From Mustelus asterias (taxonomy: Eukaryota): a stretch of DNA of 64,000 bases. The first letter of the stretch is position 1. Every line of letters starts with the position of its first letter. Location: assembly GCF_964213995.1 (NCBI RefSeq), contig NC_135801.1, forward strand, positions 38,564,001-38,628,000, read 5' to 3'. Position numbers and translations under genes: made by a program. The notes under the pieces were generated by a model. The model was given only the letters and a program-made list of their open reading frames with translations. It had not been told where the DNA came from and did no database searches. Positions 62,782-64,000 of this stretch are shown piece after piece.

Positions 62782-62985
62782 CCTTAATTGTCTCAATTTT
62801 GATTCTCATAAAACATGACACGTTTACAAGTGATGCATAATATGGAGAGCAGAGTTTATTATGAAACAAGATTTGAAGCATTTTATTCTCTGATCGAAGA
62901 AGGTAAAAGGCCAGTGTGGCTAACAGGTGAAGCTTAAAAGCCGTAAAGAAACAGGGGCAATTATTTGTATGATCTTTAGAATAAT

Positions 62986-63277
62986 CTACGGAGCATCTGA
63001 TATTGATGACAAATCTTTTGTTGTTTTAACAGGTGCCAGTGTAGGTTTTAGGTCCACTTGACCATGTACATGGGATAGATGTTGAAGAACAAGCGATCGT
63101 GAACGGTTTTGATAGTCCAGGCACGTTTTGTTGTCGTGGGCGTAACATTCATCCACAGGTGGAGGTTTGGGGTTGCACTGAGGTACTTGTGAAGATGCCT
63201 TTGGGCTGCAATTCTTACAGCTGCAACAAGATATATTATCAAAGATATAATTGTCATTGAATACATAGCCCTGATTC
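62986..63277 (-). CDS. Possible terminal coding exon of an unidentified convergent gene
   Basis: Non-repetitive; acceptor ctaatgactttcAG; open frame of 96 codons to TAG; AATAAA on minus at 62887-82 and 62860-55. No family recognised. Confidence 0.3.
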
Positions 63278-64000
63278 CTGAAAGTCATTAGATATTCAGA
63301 AAACAAATTTACATCACATGCAGTTAAATCTCTTTAGAATTAATTTCCTAATTCATTTAGCATGTTCAAAATGACTAGAAACTCTTTTACATGTAACCAA
63401 TACCCATTTGTGGTGAATTCAATAGGATAATATACAATACAGTCAAACTAATGGTACAAGGTAGGAAGTGGGTGATTAATATTTATGTCCTACTGACAGT
63501 CAATCACATTGCTGGCAGGAAGGTGGTTCCAGAGAATCTACCAATATTTTCCCAAGAAGTGGAGTTCTTCAACTAAAAAACAATATAGGTCACCGCTGGG
63601 TAAAGCCTGGCTGAAAATCCTACTCGTAGCACTTTTGACCCTAGTCAAATTCTGAATGACAAAGTTATTGGGTGAGATCTAGTGGCTCCGTTCGCCATGG
63701 GTGCATTATGGCCACTAAATCTTGTGAGAGGGTCAAAACAGGATTTGTGCCAGTGGAGTCTCAGTTTGAGATCTTTCTCTCCCCCCCCCCCCCCCCCCCC
63801 CCCCCCCCACCGTCCCCACCCCCCACCCCCTCCCCATTGGCATGAATCTCATTTTCATTAGTTTGAATAAATTTAAATATACTTAAACAGCTTTCTGTTG
63901 TAGTTCCTGCCCATGCTGGAACCTCCCCCCTTCCCCAGCAGTCTGACGTCACGCCAGTGCAAATTACTACTGATTTTCAAAAGCGTAAATCAGTTGTGCT

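Noticed and set aside
4630-62881. Recurrent ORFs such as LLPHSARDPGSIP / HPEETHADTGRMC / MWRCRRWTGVNT
   Set aside because: Translations of V-SINE copies and PLE termini, not genes.
63781-63840. Long poly-C tract as a functional G-quadruplex (also ~1850 and ~58095)
   Set aside because: Appears to lie within GC-rich repeat remnants; homopolymer length is unreliable and there is no independent support.

Overview
Eukaryotic, repeat-dense vertebrate DNA, most likely a cartilaginous fish (shark); this is inferred from the HE1/V-SINE, CR1, Rex1, Deu-SINE and Penelope repeat mix. The window holds the last 8 coding exons (663 nt, 220 aa plus stop) and 3'UTR of an annexin A5-like gene on the + strand (14939-52493, probable polyA signal 53939). 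All introns are GT-AG, and the membrane-inserting Trp187 equivalent is replaced by Cys. The introns contain an 8.0-kb antisense defective endogenous retrovirus (two LTRs, 5-bp TSD, tRNA-His-like PBS, gamma-type env remnant), two antisense solo LTRs, and a 58x29-bp minisatellite born inside a CR1 RT motif. They also contain many CR1/L2/Rex1 fragments, V-SINEs with two alternative tails, and eight or more Penelope-derived insertions, seven with a minimal type-I hammerhead ribozyme motif. Downstream lie a single-ORF LINE with a tRNA-like head, its bipartite short derivatives, and a possible terminal exon of a convergent gene. Almost all ORF-track ORFs are repeat-derived or spurious. Repeat boundaries without a stated TSD are approximate, and all family names come from recall, not database search.
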